Source: Candidatus Latescibacterota bacterium
GTDB lineage: Bacteria > Latescibacterota > UBA2968 > UBA8231
Direction: 5' to 3'
Assembly (NCBI GenBank): GCA_964291625.2
Contig: OZ220089.1
Span: forward strand, 1,696,001-1,760,000
DNA: 64,000 bases
The position numbers were made by a program, and so were the translations under genes. This document shows positions 10,582 to 19,324 of this stretch, piece by piece (position 1 is the first letter of the stretch; the number at the start of each line of letters is the position of its first letter). The notes under the pieces are model-generated. The model did not search any database. It had not been told where the DNA came from and was given only the letters and a program-made list of their open reading frames with translations.

Positions 10582-11073
10582 CTAAGCCGAAAGCGCTGCC
10601 TTGAACCGCTCGACAACGCCCTCGTTGATGTGGAGTGGATTCAGCCTCTGCATCCGGCGTGCGACAGCCAGTGCACGGCGCCTCGTGAGGGCGCCGCCAG
10701 CAACCAGGTCCACCATGAGGCCGAGGCCGAATCTCGTCTTCACCCCGTGACGTCTGCAGAGACGCCGGAGCGCACCGTCATTCGTGACGCAAGTCCAGCC
10801 CTCCTCGCGACACGCGACCAGGCAGAGGCAATCATTGAAGGAAACACCGGACTCGACCTCGGACGCCTGCGCCAACCGCTCTGTTTCGACGGCGACAACT
10901 TCCATGCCGAGTTGCGTGCACTGCGCCGCCCCGAGGCCCCGCACCTCCTCCAGCACGGGAGCCAGGACTACCAGCCGGCCCATATGGGCCGCCACGAGCT
11001 CCAGGACTTCCAACGCCGCGTCCCGGTAATCGATGAGGACATCTGCATCGGCGAGAAGCACCGTTTCGACCAT
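10582..11073 (-). CDS. PIN-domain (VapC-like) nuclease
   Basis: Acidic PIN residues: LADADVLID, VLEEV, SFNDCL, VTNDGALR. Confidence 0.75.
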   Translation of the reverse strand: MVETVLLADADVLIDYRDAALEVLELVAAHMGRLVVLAPVLEEVRGLGAAQCTQLGMEVVAVETERLAQASEVESGVSFNDCLCLVACREEGWTCVTNDGALRRLCRRHGVKTRFGLGLMVDLVAGGALTRRRALAVARRMQRLNPLHINEGVVERFKAALSA

Positions 11074-11079
11074 CTTGAT

Positions 11080-12210
11080 CTACCCCGCCCACTCACGCGC
11101 CTGACTCCTCATCTCTTCCCGGGTCAGGCCCAGGATCTCGGCTGCCCTTCCCATTGAGAGGTTGCCCTGCTCAAGGGCCTGCCGCACCAGCCGCGAGAGT
11201 CGGTTCTCGATGAAGTCATGCCTGGAGAGACCATCGGGCTCGCCCGAGCGGCTCCAGTTCCAAGCGAACTCGCTCTTCTCAAGGGCCAGAGGCTCCTGGG
11301 TTCTTCGCAGGGTCTTGCCGAAACGGCCCTGATGCTGCCGCTGGAAGGCGCCCCAGATACTCGATGTTTCGCGCTCCGTCTCCACGAGCCGGTATAGCAC
11401 GGTCTTGTAACTCACTCGAAAAATACGCTTGACCTTGAGGACCCGGACGAGGAGCGGGTGTCCCCGGGTCTCCTCCCACCGTGGAGCGAAGGCGGTCTCC
11501 GGCATCAGGAACTGGCTCGCAAAAGCGTCTGCCTCCCGCTCCGTAGCCAACGAGGGTTCGGTAGCCTCCCGCTGGTACTCGGCCGGATGGAGCAACAGGT
11601 GACCTAGTTCATGCACCGCGGTGAAGATCCAGCGCTCTACTGAGATCCGATCCCAGGTATTGACCACCACCGCCGGACCTCCATCGGCCTCCGCCACGCT
11701 CAACCCGAAGAAGGAATCGCTCTTCTTGTCGAGAAGCAGGAGCTTCACCCCGTTCTCCTCAAGCAACCCACAGATGTCTCGCACCGGCTCTTCTTGCCCG
11801 ATTCCAATGGCTCCACGGGCTGCCCGTGCGGTTTCAACTGGACTCCCAGATCGAGTGCCCACAGGCCGGAACCGGAAGGCGCACAACTCCCCCAGATCAG
11901 ACTCGATCTGGCTATAGGCCTCTAGCCACCTGGAAACCTCTGCCAGAATCTGGGCACGCCCGAGAACGCGGGCACTGGCCCGAAAACGCACGGTCTCCAG
12001 AACCCGCACCGGCGAGATGAGGTCGCCCACCGGAACCTGCAGTGCTCTCCCCAAGGCGGAGAGACTCCGCGACCTCGGTACAACCGCACCCCGCTCGATT
12101 TTCCCAAGCGCGATCCTAGAGATTCCTGCCCTCTCGGCGAGCTTCTCCTGGGTCAACCCCCGGTCTAGTCGCAACCGGGCGACATTCGCCGCAATGTGCT
12201 CACCAGCCAT
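11080..12210 (-). CDS. XRE HTH / ImmA-IrrE Zn-metallopeptidase fusion
   Basis: N-terminal HTH (RLDRGLTQEKLAERAGISRIALGKIERG); HExxH motif FTAVHELGHLLLH; EREADAFASQFLMP; C-terminal LSMGRAAEILGL. Confidence 0.92.
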   Translation of the reverse strand: MAGEHIAANVARLRLDRGLTQEKLAERAGISRIALGKIERGAVVPRSRSLSALGRALQVPVGDLISPVRVLETVRFRASARVLGRAQILAEVSRWLEAYSQIESDLGELCAFRFRPVGTRSGSPVETARAARGAIGIGQEEPVRDICGLLEENGVKLLLLDKKSDSFFGLSVAEADGGPAVVVNTWDRISVERWIFTAVHELGHLLLHPAEYQREATEPSLATEREADAFASQFLMPETAFAPRWEETRGHPLLVRVLKVKRIFRVSYKTVLYRLVETERETSSIWGAFQRQHQGRFGKTLRRTQEPLALEKSEFAWNWSRSGEPDGLSRHDFIENRLSRLVRQALEQGNLSMGRAAEILGLTREEMRSQAREWAG

Positions 12211-12228
12211 CGTCTTGCCTCCGCGAAC

Positions 12229-12266
12229 TTGACAAGGTAACCACAGATCCCATATTTGTCAATATG
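12229..12266. promoter_or_regulatory. Overlapping divergent sigma70 promoters with a palindromic operator
   Basis: Plus strand TTGACA 12229-12234 with CATATT at 12251-12256; minus strand TTGACA 12262-12257, 17 bp, TACCTT 12239-12234; palindrome CATATT-N4-AATATG at 12251-12266. Confidence 0.7.
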
Positions 12267-12345
12267 ATATCTTTACTTCCTCCCCTCACGGCGCCAAGCG
12301 GGCAAGGACCAGGGACCCACCCGGGCGCCAAGGAGAATCGTCACA

Positions 12346-13452
12346 GTGAAGCCAAGATTGACCCTCTACCCGCTCGGTAACGCAGACTCTTGCCTGATCG
12401 AGCTTACTGATGGGCGCCTTCTCCTCATGGACTTCTCCGCAGCGCGAGGAGACGACCCAGAAGACCTCCGTATTGACCTTCCAGATGCCCTTCGGGAGGA
12501 CCTTGGCACTCGCAGGGATGTGGACGTGCTAGCGATCTCTCACTTGGACGAGGATCACTACGGCGGAGTCAGCGACCTCTTCTATCTTGACCATGCGGCC
12601 AAGTACCAGAGCGACGACCGGATCAGAATCCGTGAACTCTGGGTGCCCGCCGCCGTCATCGTCGAGGAGGGACTCGACGCCACGGAGGCCAAGGTCATTC
12701 GGGCGGAGGCACGGTACCGGCTCAAGGAGGGCAAGGGCATCCGCGTCTACTCACGCCCCGAGGCCCTTGAAGAATGGCTCAACCAGCAGGGCCTCAACCT
12801 CACAGACCGAGCGCACCTCATCACCGATGCCGGATGTGTCGTGCCTGGCTTCTCGTACGCATCCGGTGGAGTAGAAATGTTTGTTCACTCCCCGTTTGCC
12901 GAGGCGGCTTCTGACGGCCGCGCCATCGTGAGGAATTCCTCCTCACTTGCACTGCAAGCAACGTTTAAGGTTGGGGACCGATTCACCCGTGTTCTCTTTG
13001 CCGCCGATTTACACCACGAGGACCTCGCCGGAGTTGTCCGCGTGACCAAAGCACACGCTAACGACGAGCGTCTCCAATGCGATGTCGTCAAGCTGCCTCA
13101 TCACTGTAGCTATCTCTCCCTCGCCCCCGAAAAGGGAACCATTTCGACCCAGCCGGTTCCAGAGGTCGAGTGGCTCTACCAGAACCAGGGTCAATCCAGA
13201 GCGATCCTGGTGTCGTCCAGCGACCCCATTCCCCCCGAGGACACTATTGATCCTCCTCATCGCCAGGCAGCTAAGTACTATGCAACAGTGGCCGGCCTTC
13301 TCCGAGGAGAGTTTGCCGTCACGATGGAGCATCCCAAGCAGAGCGCGCCCGAGCGGCTCATCATCGAGATTGGCAACCTCGGCGCCTCCCTAAAGAAGAG
13401 CACCATAGTCGGTGGCCCACTCCTGAGCCGCGCGGCACCGCGGGCCGGTTGA
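12346..13452 (+). CDS. ComEC-like metallo-beta-lactamase-fold hydrolase with a C-terminal Gly tail
   Basis: GNADS, ISHLDEDH (HxDxDH), FAADL, KLPHHCS; ends ...SRAAPRAG; AGGAG RBS and GTG start. Confidence 0.85.
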   Translation: MKPRLTLYPLGNADSCLIELTDGRLLLMDFSAARGDDPEDLRIDLPDALREDLGTRRDVDVLAISHLDEDHYGGVSDLFYLDHAAKYQSDDRIRIRELWVPAAVIVEEGLDATEAKVIRAEARYRLKEGKGIRVYSRPEALEEWLNQQGLNLTDRAHLITDAGCVVPGFSYASGGVEMFVHSPFAEAASDGRAIVRNSSSLALQATFKVGDRFTRVLFAADLHHEDLAGVVRVTKAHANDERLQCDVVKLPHHCSYLSLAPEKGTISTQPVPEVEWLYQNQGQSRAILVSSSDPIPPEDTIDPPHRQAAKYYATVAGLLRGEFAVTMEHPKQSAPERLIIEIGNLGASLKKSTIVGGPLLSRAAPRAG

Positions 13453-15665
13453 TGACCAAGGACTGCTGGCTGTCCCCACAGGGAGTCCTGTGCAAGGACA
13501 GCACCGCCCTTCCTCCCCGTGCTCGTGAGTTGGCGGAGCGCTTGGCAGCAAGCGAGATTCCTTTTGCACGTCTCCTATCCCTCTCAGAGTCCAACGGTAC
13601 GGGAATCGTCACCCTCGAGGTCGATGTGGAACTCGCACAAGATCGGGTCTACGACATCCGTCCCCGTGAGCGGATTTCAGTCGAATTCTGCCACGATGAT
13701 GCGCAAGCGCCGGAGGTTCTTGCCCTACGTAGTTCCTTTCCCCTTGTACCACATCTAAACTTACGTCCTTCCGAGCTCCCCAGAAGTCTTTGTCTCTCTG
13801 CGGCCCCTTGGAGTGAGCTGCGTACTTGGTGGACACCGGGTCGTTTCGTAACGGACCTGCGCGCGTGGCTTGAGGCAACGGCACGGGGTGATCTACATGG
13901 GGACGATCAGCCCCTAGAGCCACTACTCCTAGGTACAGGTGTGCCACTCATTCTACCGACCGAGATCAGGGAAGGAGCAAGACCGATTCGCCTTGACGTA
14001 CTCGTCGTCAAGACACCCGAGATGGAACGGCCCGTCCTCGTCGCACGAGACCCGGAGGACATCCAAGACTTTGAGCGGGCCTACGCCATCGAGTCAATTG
14101 CCACTGTTCTCGTCGGCACCGCGCAACAGCACGGAATCATCGCACGTACGCCACGTACACTCGCACAGCTCCATGACCTCCTTACTCCCGCCCGTATTGA
14201 CACGCTTGGGGCCCTGATGTCTCGACTTGAGGATTGGCGACAAGACGACGAACTACTTGCCCGAAAGCCCATTCTAATCACAGTTCTCCCTAAAGTCCGA
14301 AGCAACGGCCAGGCCGTGGAGGCCACGGACATTTTCGCCTTCTCCATCGAGGAAACAGTCACGACACTTGGGGAAAAGCTCGGTCTATGGCAGATAACAG
14401 GGGGACACGCCGGCTTTCTGATCCCCCGCGCTACCCCTAACGCTGACGCGGTCCCGCTGGTATGCCTACACCCTGTGTCCCAGCTCTCTATGGGAACCGC
14501 GGCACAGGTGACCGGACGAGGCCCCGACCTACGCAAAGCAGTGGCCGTGGGACAAGGGGCTCTCGGCTCCCAGGTGGTCTCAAATTTGATTCGCACTGGG
14601 TTCGGCTCATGGACCCTTATTGATCACGATGTACTCTTGCCCCACAACCTCGCGCGCCATGCCCTCATCGGCCGAAGCCCGGGCTTCCCGAAGGCTCAGC
14701 ATATGGCAGTCGCCTTGACGGATACAGTTCAGGACTCCGTGGTGCAGGCTCTGGTCTGTGATGTGCTCAATCCAAGAGACAAGTCGGAGGATCTCACTGC
14801 GGCTCTGAGTGAGGCGGATGTCGTGTTCGATTTCTCCGCGTCTATCGCGGTGGCACGCCATCTAGCCGATGATACTCTTGTGAAAGCACGCCGACTCTCG
14901 ATCTTCTTGGGTCCAAGCGGCAGATATCTCGTGATACTTGCCGAGGACGCCAGCCGGACCGTAACCCTCCATGAGTTGGAGGCACAGTACTACCGCCTGC
15001 TCATCCAAACGGAGAGTCTTCACGACTTCTACCTAGATGAGGCCATATCACTTCGATACGGCGGCTCCTGCGCCGACATCTCACTTCACATCCCTCAGGA
15101 TCGTGTGGGACTACACGCGGGGATAGCGACTGGCGCAGTACAGCGCCTTACAGGAGAAGGGTTCATTTCCGTTTGGCACCTGACAGATGAACTCTCTGTT
15201 CAGCGACACTGCCTATCGGTTGCGGTCAGCCAATGGTTTGAGGGATCGAACTGGACGATAGGTATCGACTCCCGTCTCGAGGGTCACCTCCTGACGCTTC
15301 GTCGCAATGCTCTGCCATGTGAGACTGGGGGTGTTTTGGTCGGGGTGGTGGACACGCACCGGAAGACTACTCTAGTTGTGGATGCACTACCGGCACCCCC
15401 GGATAGCGAAGAGTGGCCAACCGCATTCATCCGCGGCTCAGTCGGGCTTCGCGAACGCGTGGAGAGAATCACAGAGTGGACAGGTCAGGCCGTACACTAC
15501 ATAGGAGAGTGGCATTCGCATCCTTCAGGCAGCTCGTTGGGAATGAGTCCTGACGATGAGCAGGTCCTACGGTTCGTGGCCAAGCACATGCGATCAGACG
15601 GACTTCCGGGAATCGTCTTGATCGTCGGAGACACAGGGGTTCAGTGCCACATCGGAGATAGCTAG
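13452..15665 (+). CDS. Prokaryotic E2 - E1(ThiF) - JAB triple fusion (Cap2/Cap3-like)
   Basis: E2: PHLN...SLCL; E1: VGQGALGS, IDHD..LPHNLARH, DFSAS, GSC; JAB: ETGGVLVG...YIGEWHSHP...SPDD; TGATG overlap with the MBL gene. Confidence 0.92.
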   Translation: MTKDCWLSPQGVLCKDSTALPPRARELAERLAASEIPFARLLSLSESNGTGIVTLEVDVELAQDRVYDIRPRERISVEFCHDDAQAPEVLALRSSFPLVPHLNLRPSELPRSLCLSAAPWSELRTWWTPGRFVTDLRAWLEATARGDLHGDDQPLEPLLLGTGVPLILPTEIREGARPIRLDVLVVKTPEMERPVLVARDPEDIQDFERAYAIESIATVLVGTAQQHGIIARTPRTLAQLHDLLTPARIDTLGALMSRLEDWRQDDELLARKPILITVLPKVRSNGQAVEATDIFAFSIEETVTTLGEKLGLWQITGGHAGFLIPRATPNADAVPLVCLHPVSQLSMGTAAQVTGRGPDLRKAVAVGQGALGSQVVSNLIRTGFGSWTLIDHDVLLPHNLARHALIGRSPGFPKAQHMAVALTDTVQDSVVQALVCDVLNPRDKSEDLTAALSEADVVFDFSASIAVARHLADDTLVKARRLSIFLGPSGRYLVILAEDASRTVTLHELEAQYYRLLIQTESLHDFYLDEAISLRYGGSCADISLHIPQDRVGLHAGIATGAVQRLTGEGFISVWHLTDELSVQRHCLSVAVSQWFEGSNWTIGIDSRLEGHLLTLRRNALPCETGGVLVGVVDTHRKTTLVVDALPAPPDSEEWPTAFIRGSVGLRERVERITEWTGQAVHYIGEWHSHPSGSSLGMSPDDEQVLRFVAKHMRSDGLPGIVLIVGDTGVQCHIGDS

Positions 15666-15686
15666 AGGATCGTCTGCGGGGTGCTG

Positions 15687-17000
15687 ATGTACCATCTTGG
15701 ACTTGCGTTGTCTGGAGGGGGTTCTCGCGCCGCCGCATTCCATTGTGGAACGGTCACAGCTCTTTCCGAGCTGCATCTAGTTGACGAGATAGACGTTGTT
15801 TCTACGGTATCTGGGGGCTCTCTCTTTGGTGCTGCTTGGATGGCAGCAAAGATTGGGGGACAGAGCTTGGGGGAGTTCACCCGGAATATGCAGGCAGAAC
15901 TGTCCCGCGGGTTCATCGTTAGGTCAATCAGGCCGTCCCTGCTCCGCGTGTTGATCCCTACTGCATCGTACTCTCGAACTCACCTGCTCGCAGAGACCTT
16001 TGATCGCATCCTGTTCCAGGGACTTACCCTCGGGCGTCTCCCTGAACGCCCGGCTCTGTGCATAAACACGACAGTATTGAATACGGGCCAGATAGCGAAA
16101 TTGACCCGGGATGGATTCTCGGCTTGGGGAATCGCGGTCCCTGGAGGCGACCCCCCCCATGTGGTGCCTTGGGCAAACTTTCCCTTGGCACGTGCCGTCG
16201 CCGCCTCTGCAGCGTTCCCCATCGGCCTGCCACCTCTAACCCTAGGGCTAAGGGACTTCCCACGCGGGACCGAATTCAGAGGCTCGCTGGCTGGGGCGAA
16301 GGGAATCTGCCTTACTGACGGTGGTGTGCTTGAGAACCTTGGAATTCAGACTCTCTTGAAGAGCCGGCGCTATGCCTCGTGGAACCTCGTTGTGAGTGAT
16401 GCGGGTGTTCATGACCGACCTTGGCGGAATGGAGGGATTGTCGACTCAGCCAGGGGTTTCGGCATGTGGGTCTTGAGCGGACAGACTCTTGGTCGGCTCA
16501 TGCTGTTGATGAACGACAAGCAGAACCGGTGGGCAAGGCACGAGGTCCACAACGAGTTGATTCGCTCGTGGCTCGCTGATGAATTGAGGCGGAGCTCCAG
16601 CGCTTCTCTCAAGGGTGTAGCGAGCTACTTGGACCACGAACCAAACCTGCGACGACGGGCACTCCTGTTTGTACGCGTGGCCCAGAGTTGGAACTCCTTC
16701 TTTGCTTCAATCCCGAGATGGAGACTCGTGGAGCTCGCCGAACGTTCTGGAGGGTCCGAATCCGCGATACCTTCCAATGACGATCCCGCACGCATCGTAG
16801 ACTACCTGGAAGGGGTAGGCTGCGACCTCTCCGCGGCGGTGCACTATCATGGCCAACTTGGAGGAGACAGTAGTGCGGAAAGACTGAACCGGGTGAGGAC
16901 TGGATTCTCCTCCTTGTCCCCAGAGACCATTCGGCGCCTTGCAGCACATGCAGCTTGGCAAGTCCACGCGGCACACTCGGTCTATTTCCCTAAGGGCTGA
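15687..17000 (+). CDS. Patatin-like phospholipase
   Basis: LALSGGGSRA oxyanion loop, STVSGGS nucleophile, ASAAFP, LTDGGV.ENLG; alternative GTG start at 15681. Confidence 0.88.
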   Translation: MYHLGLALSGGGSRAAAFHCGTVTALSELHLVDEIDVVSTVSGGSLFGAAWMAAKIGGQSLGEFTRNMQAELSRGFIVRSIRPSLLRVLIPTASYSRTHLLAETFDRILFQGLTLGRLPERPALCINTTVLNTGQIAKLTRDGFSAWGIAVPGGDPPHVVPWANFPLARAVAASAAFPIGLPPLTLGLRDFPRGTEFRGSLAGAKGICLTDGGVLENLGIQTLLKSRRYASWNLVVSDAGVHDRPWRNGGIVDSARGFGMWVLSGQTLGRLMLLMNDKQNRWARHEVHNELIRSWLADELRRSSSASLKGVASYLDHEPNLRRRALLFVRVAQSWNSFFASIPRWRLVELAERSGGSESAIPSNDDPARIVDYLEGVGCDLSAAVHYHGQLGGDSSAERLNRVRTGFSSLSPETIRRLAAHAAWQVHAAHSVYFPKG

Positions 17001-17116
17001 GCGACTGGATCGGTTGGGGGAGCTTGACCTCCCTCCCCCCCACCTCGCCGTTCACTTAGAGCCCCCAACGATGGGCACGTCGCCCACCCGGTGCGAGTTT
17101 GGCCCTCTCGAAACGT

Positions 17117-18397
17117 TCAGCCCGCCATCTCCTCCACCGCCGCCGCCAGCCGGTCCACGTCGGCCTCGCCATTGTAGATGTGGGTGGAAACCCGGAGCGC
17201 GTTGTAGCTCTCTCCCTCCACGTCGTCGTCGGGGACGCAGGCATAGGTCCCCTGGGCGACCTTGACGGCCATGTCGTGCTCCTCCAGGAGCCGGCGCGCC
17301 AACAGACTTGCGCTCAGGCCGTCCACCGAGAAAGTGAGGATTCCCCCGGAGAGCTCCGGCTGCGCCGGAGTGAGGATCCTCACCTTCGGAATCCGCTCCA
17401 GGTGCCCCCGCAGGCGGGCGCTCAGCTCCCGGCAGCGGGCCTCGACGCGGTCCCGGCCGAGGAGGTTGTGGAACTCCATGGCCACGCCGTGGCCGAGGAT
17501 CCCGGCCACGTCGCGGGTGCCGGACGAGGCCGAGTAGCCGGCGTATCCGGAATGCAGAAAGACGGGTTGCACCCGGTCCTGCACCTCCCGGCGGATGTAG
17601 AGCAGGCCGCTGCCCTTGGGGGCGAGCATCCACTTGTGGCTGCTGGAGGCGAAGGTGTCGACTTCGAGAGCCTTCACGTCGACGTCGAGCATCCCCGGGG
17701 AGTGGGCCCCGTCGCAGACGAGCAGGACCCCGCGGGGGCGCGTGATGTGGGCCGCGTCGGCCAGCGGATACCGCATACCCGTGATCGTGTCGACGTCCAT
17801 GAGGCTGCACACCCGCGTGCGGGGGGTCAGATGCCGCTCCAGTAGATGGAGGAACTCGTCCTTGTCCCTCAGTGGAGTCGGCATCTTCAGGTATTTCACG
17901 ACGACGCCGCGGTGCTTCCTGACATGCTGCCAGCAGACCATGCCGCCGCCGTGCTCGTGGTTGGTGGTGAGCACCTCGTCCCCCGGTTCCCAGTCGATGC
18001 CGGTGGCGACGCCGTTCATGCCCTCGGTGGTGTTGCGCGTGAGGGCGATCTCCGACACGTCCGCCCCGAGGAACTCGGCGGCCAGACGGCGGACATCCTC
18101 CATCCGACTCCCCAGGCCGCCGAAGGTGTTCTTCACCGGATCGCCTTCGAGCTGGTGGTCGTACCGGGCCACGGCCTCGGTGACGGCCTTCGGCACGGCG
18201 CCGCAGCTCCCGGTGTTGAAGTGCGCGAAGCCAGGCTTCAACTGGAACTCCCGCCGCAGGCGGCTCCACCTGGAGGCCCCCGCCCCCGCGGCGGCCAGGT
18301 CCTTCTCCAGCTCCTCCAGCCCCCGGGCCGCCCCGGACAGCCCGGGCCAGGGCATCGTGGCCGTCGCCAGGGCCTTGACGAATCCCCGCCTCTGCAT
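17117..18397 (-). CDS. Tat-exported class V aminotransferase (cysteine desulfurase/isopenicillin-N epimerase-like)
   Basis: Twin-arginine signal MQRRGFVK; NTTEG, HEH, DGAHSPG, SSHKWM.APKGSG (PLP lysine), RVSTHIYN. Confidence 0.88.
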   Translation of the reverse strand: MQRRGFVKALATATMPWPGLSGAARGLEELEKDLAAAGAGASRWSRLRREFQLKPGFAHFNTGSCGAVPKAVTEAVARYDHQLEGDPVKNTFGGLGSRMEDVRRLAAEFLGADVSEIALTRNTTEGMNGVATGIDWEPGDEVLTTNHEHGGGMVCWQHVRKHRGVVVKYLKMPTPLRDKDEFLHLLERHLTPRTRVCSLMDVDTITGMRYPLADAAHITRPRGVLLVCDGAHSPGMLDVDVKALEVDTFASSSHKWMLAPKGSGLLYIRREVQDRVQPVFLHSGYAGYSASSGTRDVAGILGHGVAMEFHNLLGRDRVEARCRELSARLRGHLERIPKVRILTPAQPELSGGILTFSVDGLSASLLARRLLEEHDMAVKVAQGTYACVPDDDVEGESYNALRVSTHIYNGEADVDRLAAAVEEMAG

Positions 18398-19305
18398 CAG
18401 GAAGAGACGACCTCCGCGTCGACGAGCCGGCTGCCCGTGCCGGTGGTCACGCAGTAGCTGAACCCGCCGGAGGTGCCGGCAGCGCCGCTGCGGCCCTGCT
18501 TGTCCAGGGCGATGAAGAAGCAGGAGAGCTGCTCCGCCGGGCGCGGGTCCCGGCGCAGGATGTGGCCCACCGTCTCCACGCAGGCCGACTGCGGATCGGC
18601 GCCGCGCGCCATGAGGTCGACGACGCGGTACGAGCCGCAGTAGCGCATGATGTTCTCGCCGAGGCCGGTGGCCCCGGCGGCGCCCACCTCGCCGTCCACG
18701 TAGAGACCGCCCCCGACGATGGGCGAGTCGCCCACCCGGCCCGCGAGCTTGTATCCCCAGCCGCTGGTCGAGCAGCCGCCGGCCAGGCGGCCGCCGCCGT
18801 CCCGGCCGAGGAGGGCGATCGTGTCGTGGCTCTCCGAGATCGGCGGCGGCCCCTGCTGCTCCCGGCGCCAGGCCTCCCAGCGCTGGCGCCGGTCCTCGGT
18901 CAGCAGACCCGCCGACTCGAACCCCTCGTCCAGGGCGAAGCGCCGGGCGCCTTCGCCGGCGAGCATCGCGTGGGGGGTGACCTCCATCACCCGGCGGGCC
19001 ACCGAGACGGGGTGTTCGATCCCCTCGAGGGCGGCGACGCTGCCCGCCCGCTGTCCCTCGCCGTCCATGAAGCAGGCGTCGAGCTGCACGACCCCGTCGG
19101 CGTTGGGCGTGCCTCCGAGGCCGACGGAGTGCTCCTCCGGGTCCGCCTCCACGAGGCGGATGCCCTGCTCCACCGCGTCCAGCAGGCCGCCCGTGTCCAG
19201 CGTCCTGACGGCGGTCTCGTTGGCCGCCCGGCCGAATGCCCAGGTGGAGACGAAGACGGGGCCGCTCCGGGGGGAGGGGGCCGGACCGGCGCGATGGGAC
19301 GCCAT
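18397..19305 (-). CDS. N4-(beta-N-acetylglucosaminyl)-L-asparaginase-like Ntn hydrolase
   Basis: SVGLGGTP, LDACFMD, HPVSVAR.VM, autocleavage site HD/TIA, STSG..KL.GRVGDSPI.G.G. Confidence 0.9.
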   Translation of the reverse strand: MASHRAGPAPSPRSGPVFVSTWAFGRAANETAVRTLDTGGLLDAVEQGIRLVEADPEEHSVGLGGTPNADGVVQLDACFMDGEGQRAGSVAALEGIEHPVSVARRVMEVTPHAMLAGEGARRFALDEGFESAGLLTEDRRQRWEAWRREQQGPPPISESHDTIALLGRDGGGRLAGGCSTSGWGYKLAGRVGDSPIVGGGLYVDGEVGAAGATGLGENIMRYCGSYRVVDLMARGADPQSACVETVGHILRRDPRPAEQLSCFFIALDKQGRSGAAGTSGGFSYCVTTGTGSRLVDAEVVSS

Positions 19306-19324
19306 GTTGGGCGCCTCCTCGGCC

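Larger units (their letters stand above)
10582..17000. mobile_element. Putative horizontally acquired defence island (no integrase or att sites seen)
   Basis: Visibly more A/T, especially at third codon positions, than the flanks; defence-type gene content; boundaries approximate. Confidence 0.6.

Noticed and set aside
12346-17000. Canonical type II CBASS or Pycsar
   Set aside because: No nucleotidyltransferase (GS...DxD) or cyclase ORF in or near the operon; an MBL gene occupies that position.
17001-17116. att site or terminal repeat for the island
   Set aside because: No direct repeat matching the left boundary (10558-10581) was found by eye; only a weak GTTGGGGG/CCCCCAAC stem; no tRNA or integrase.
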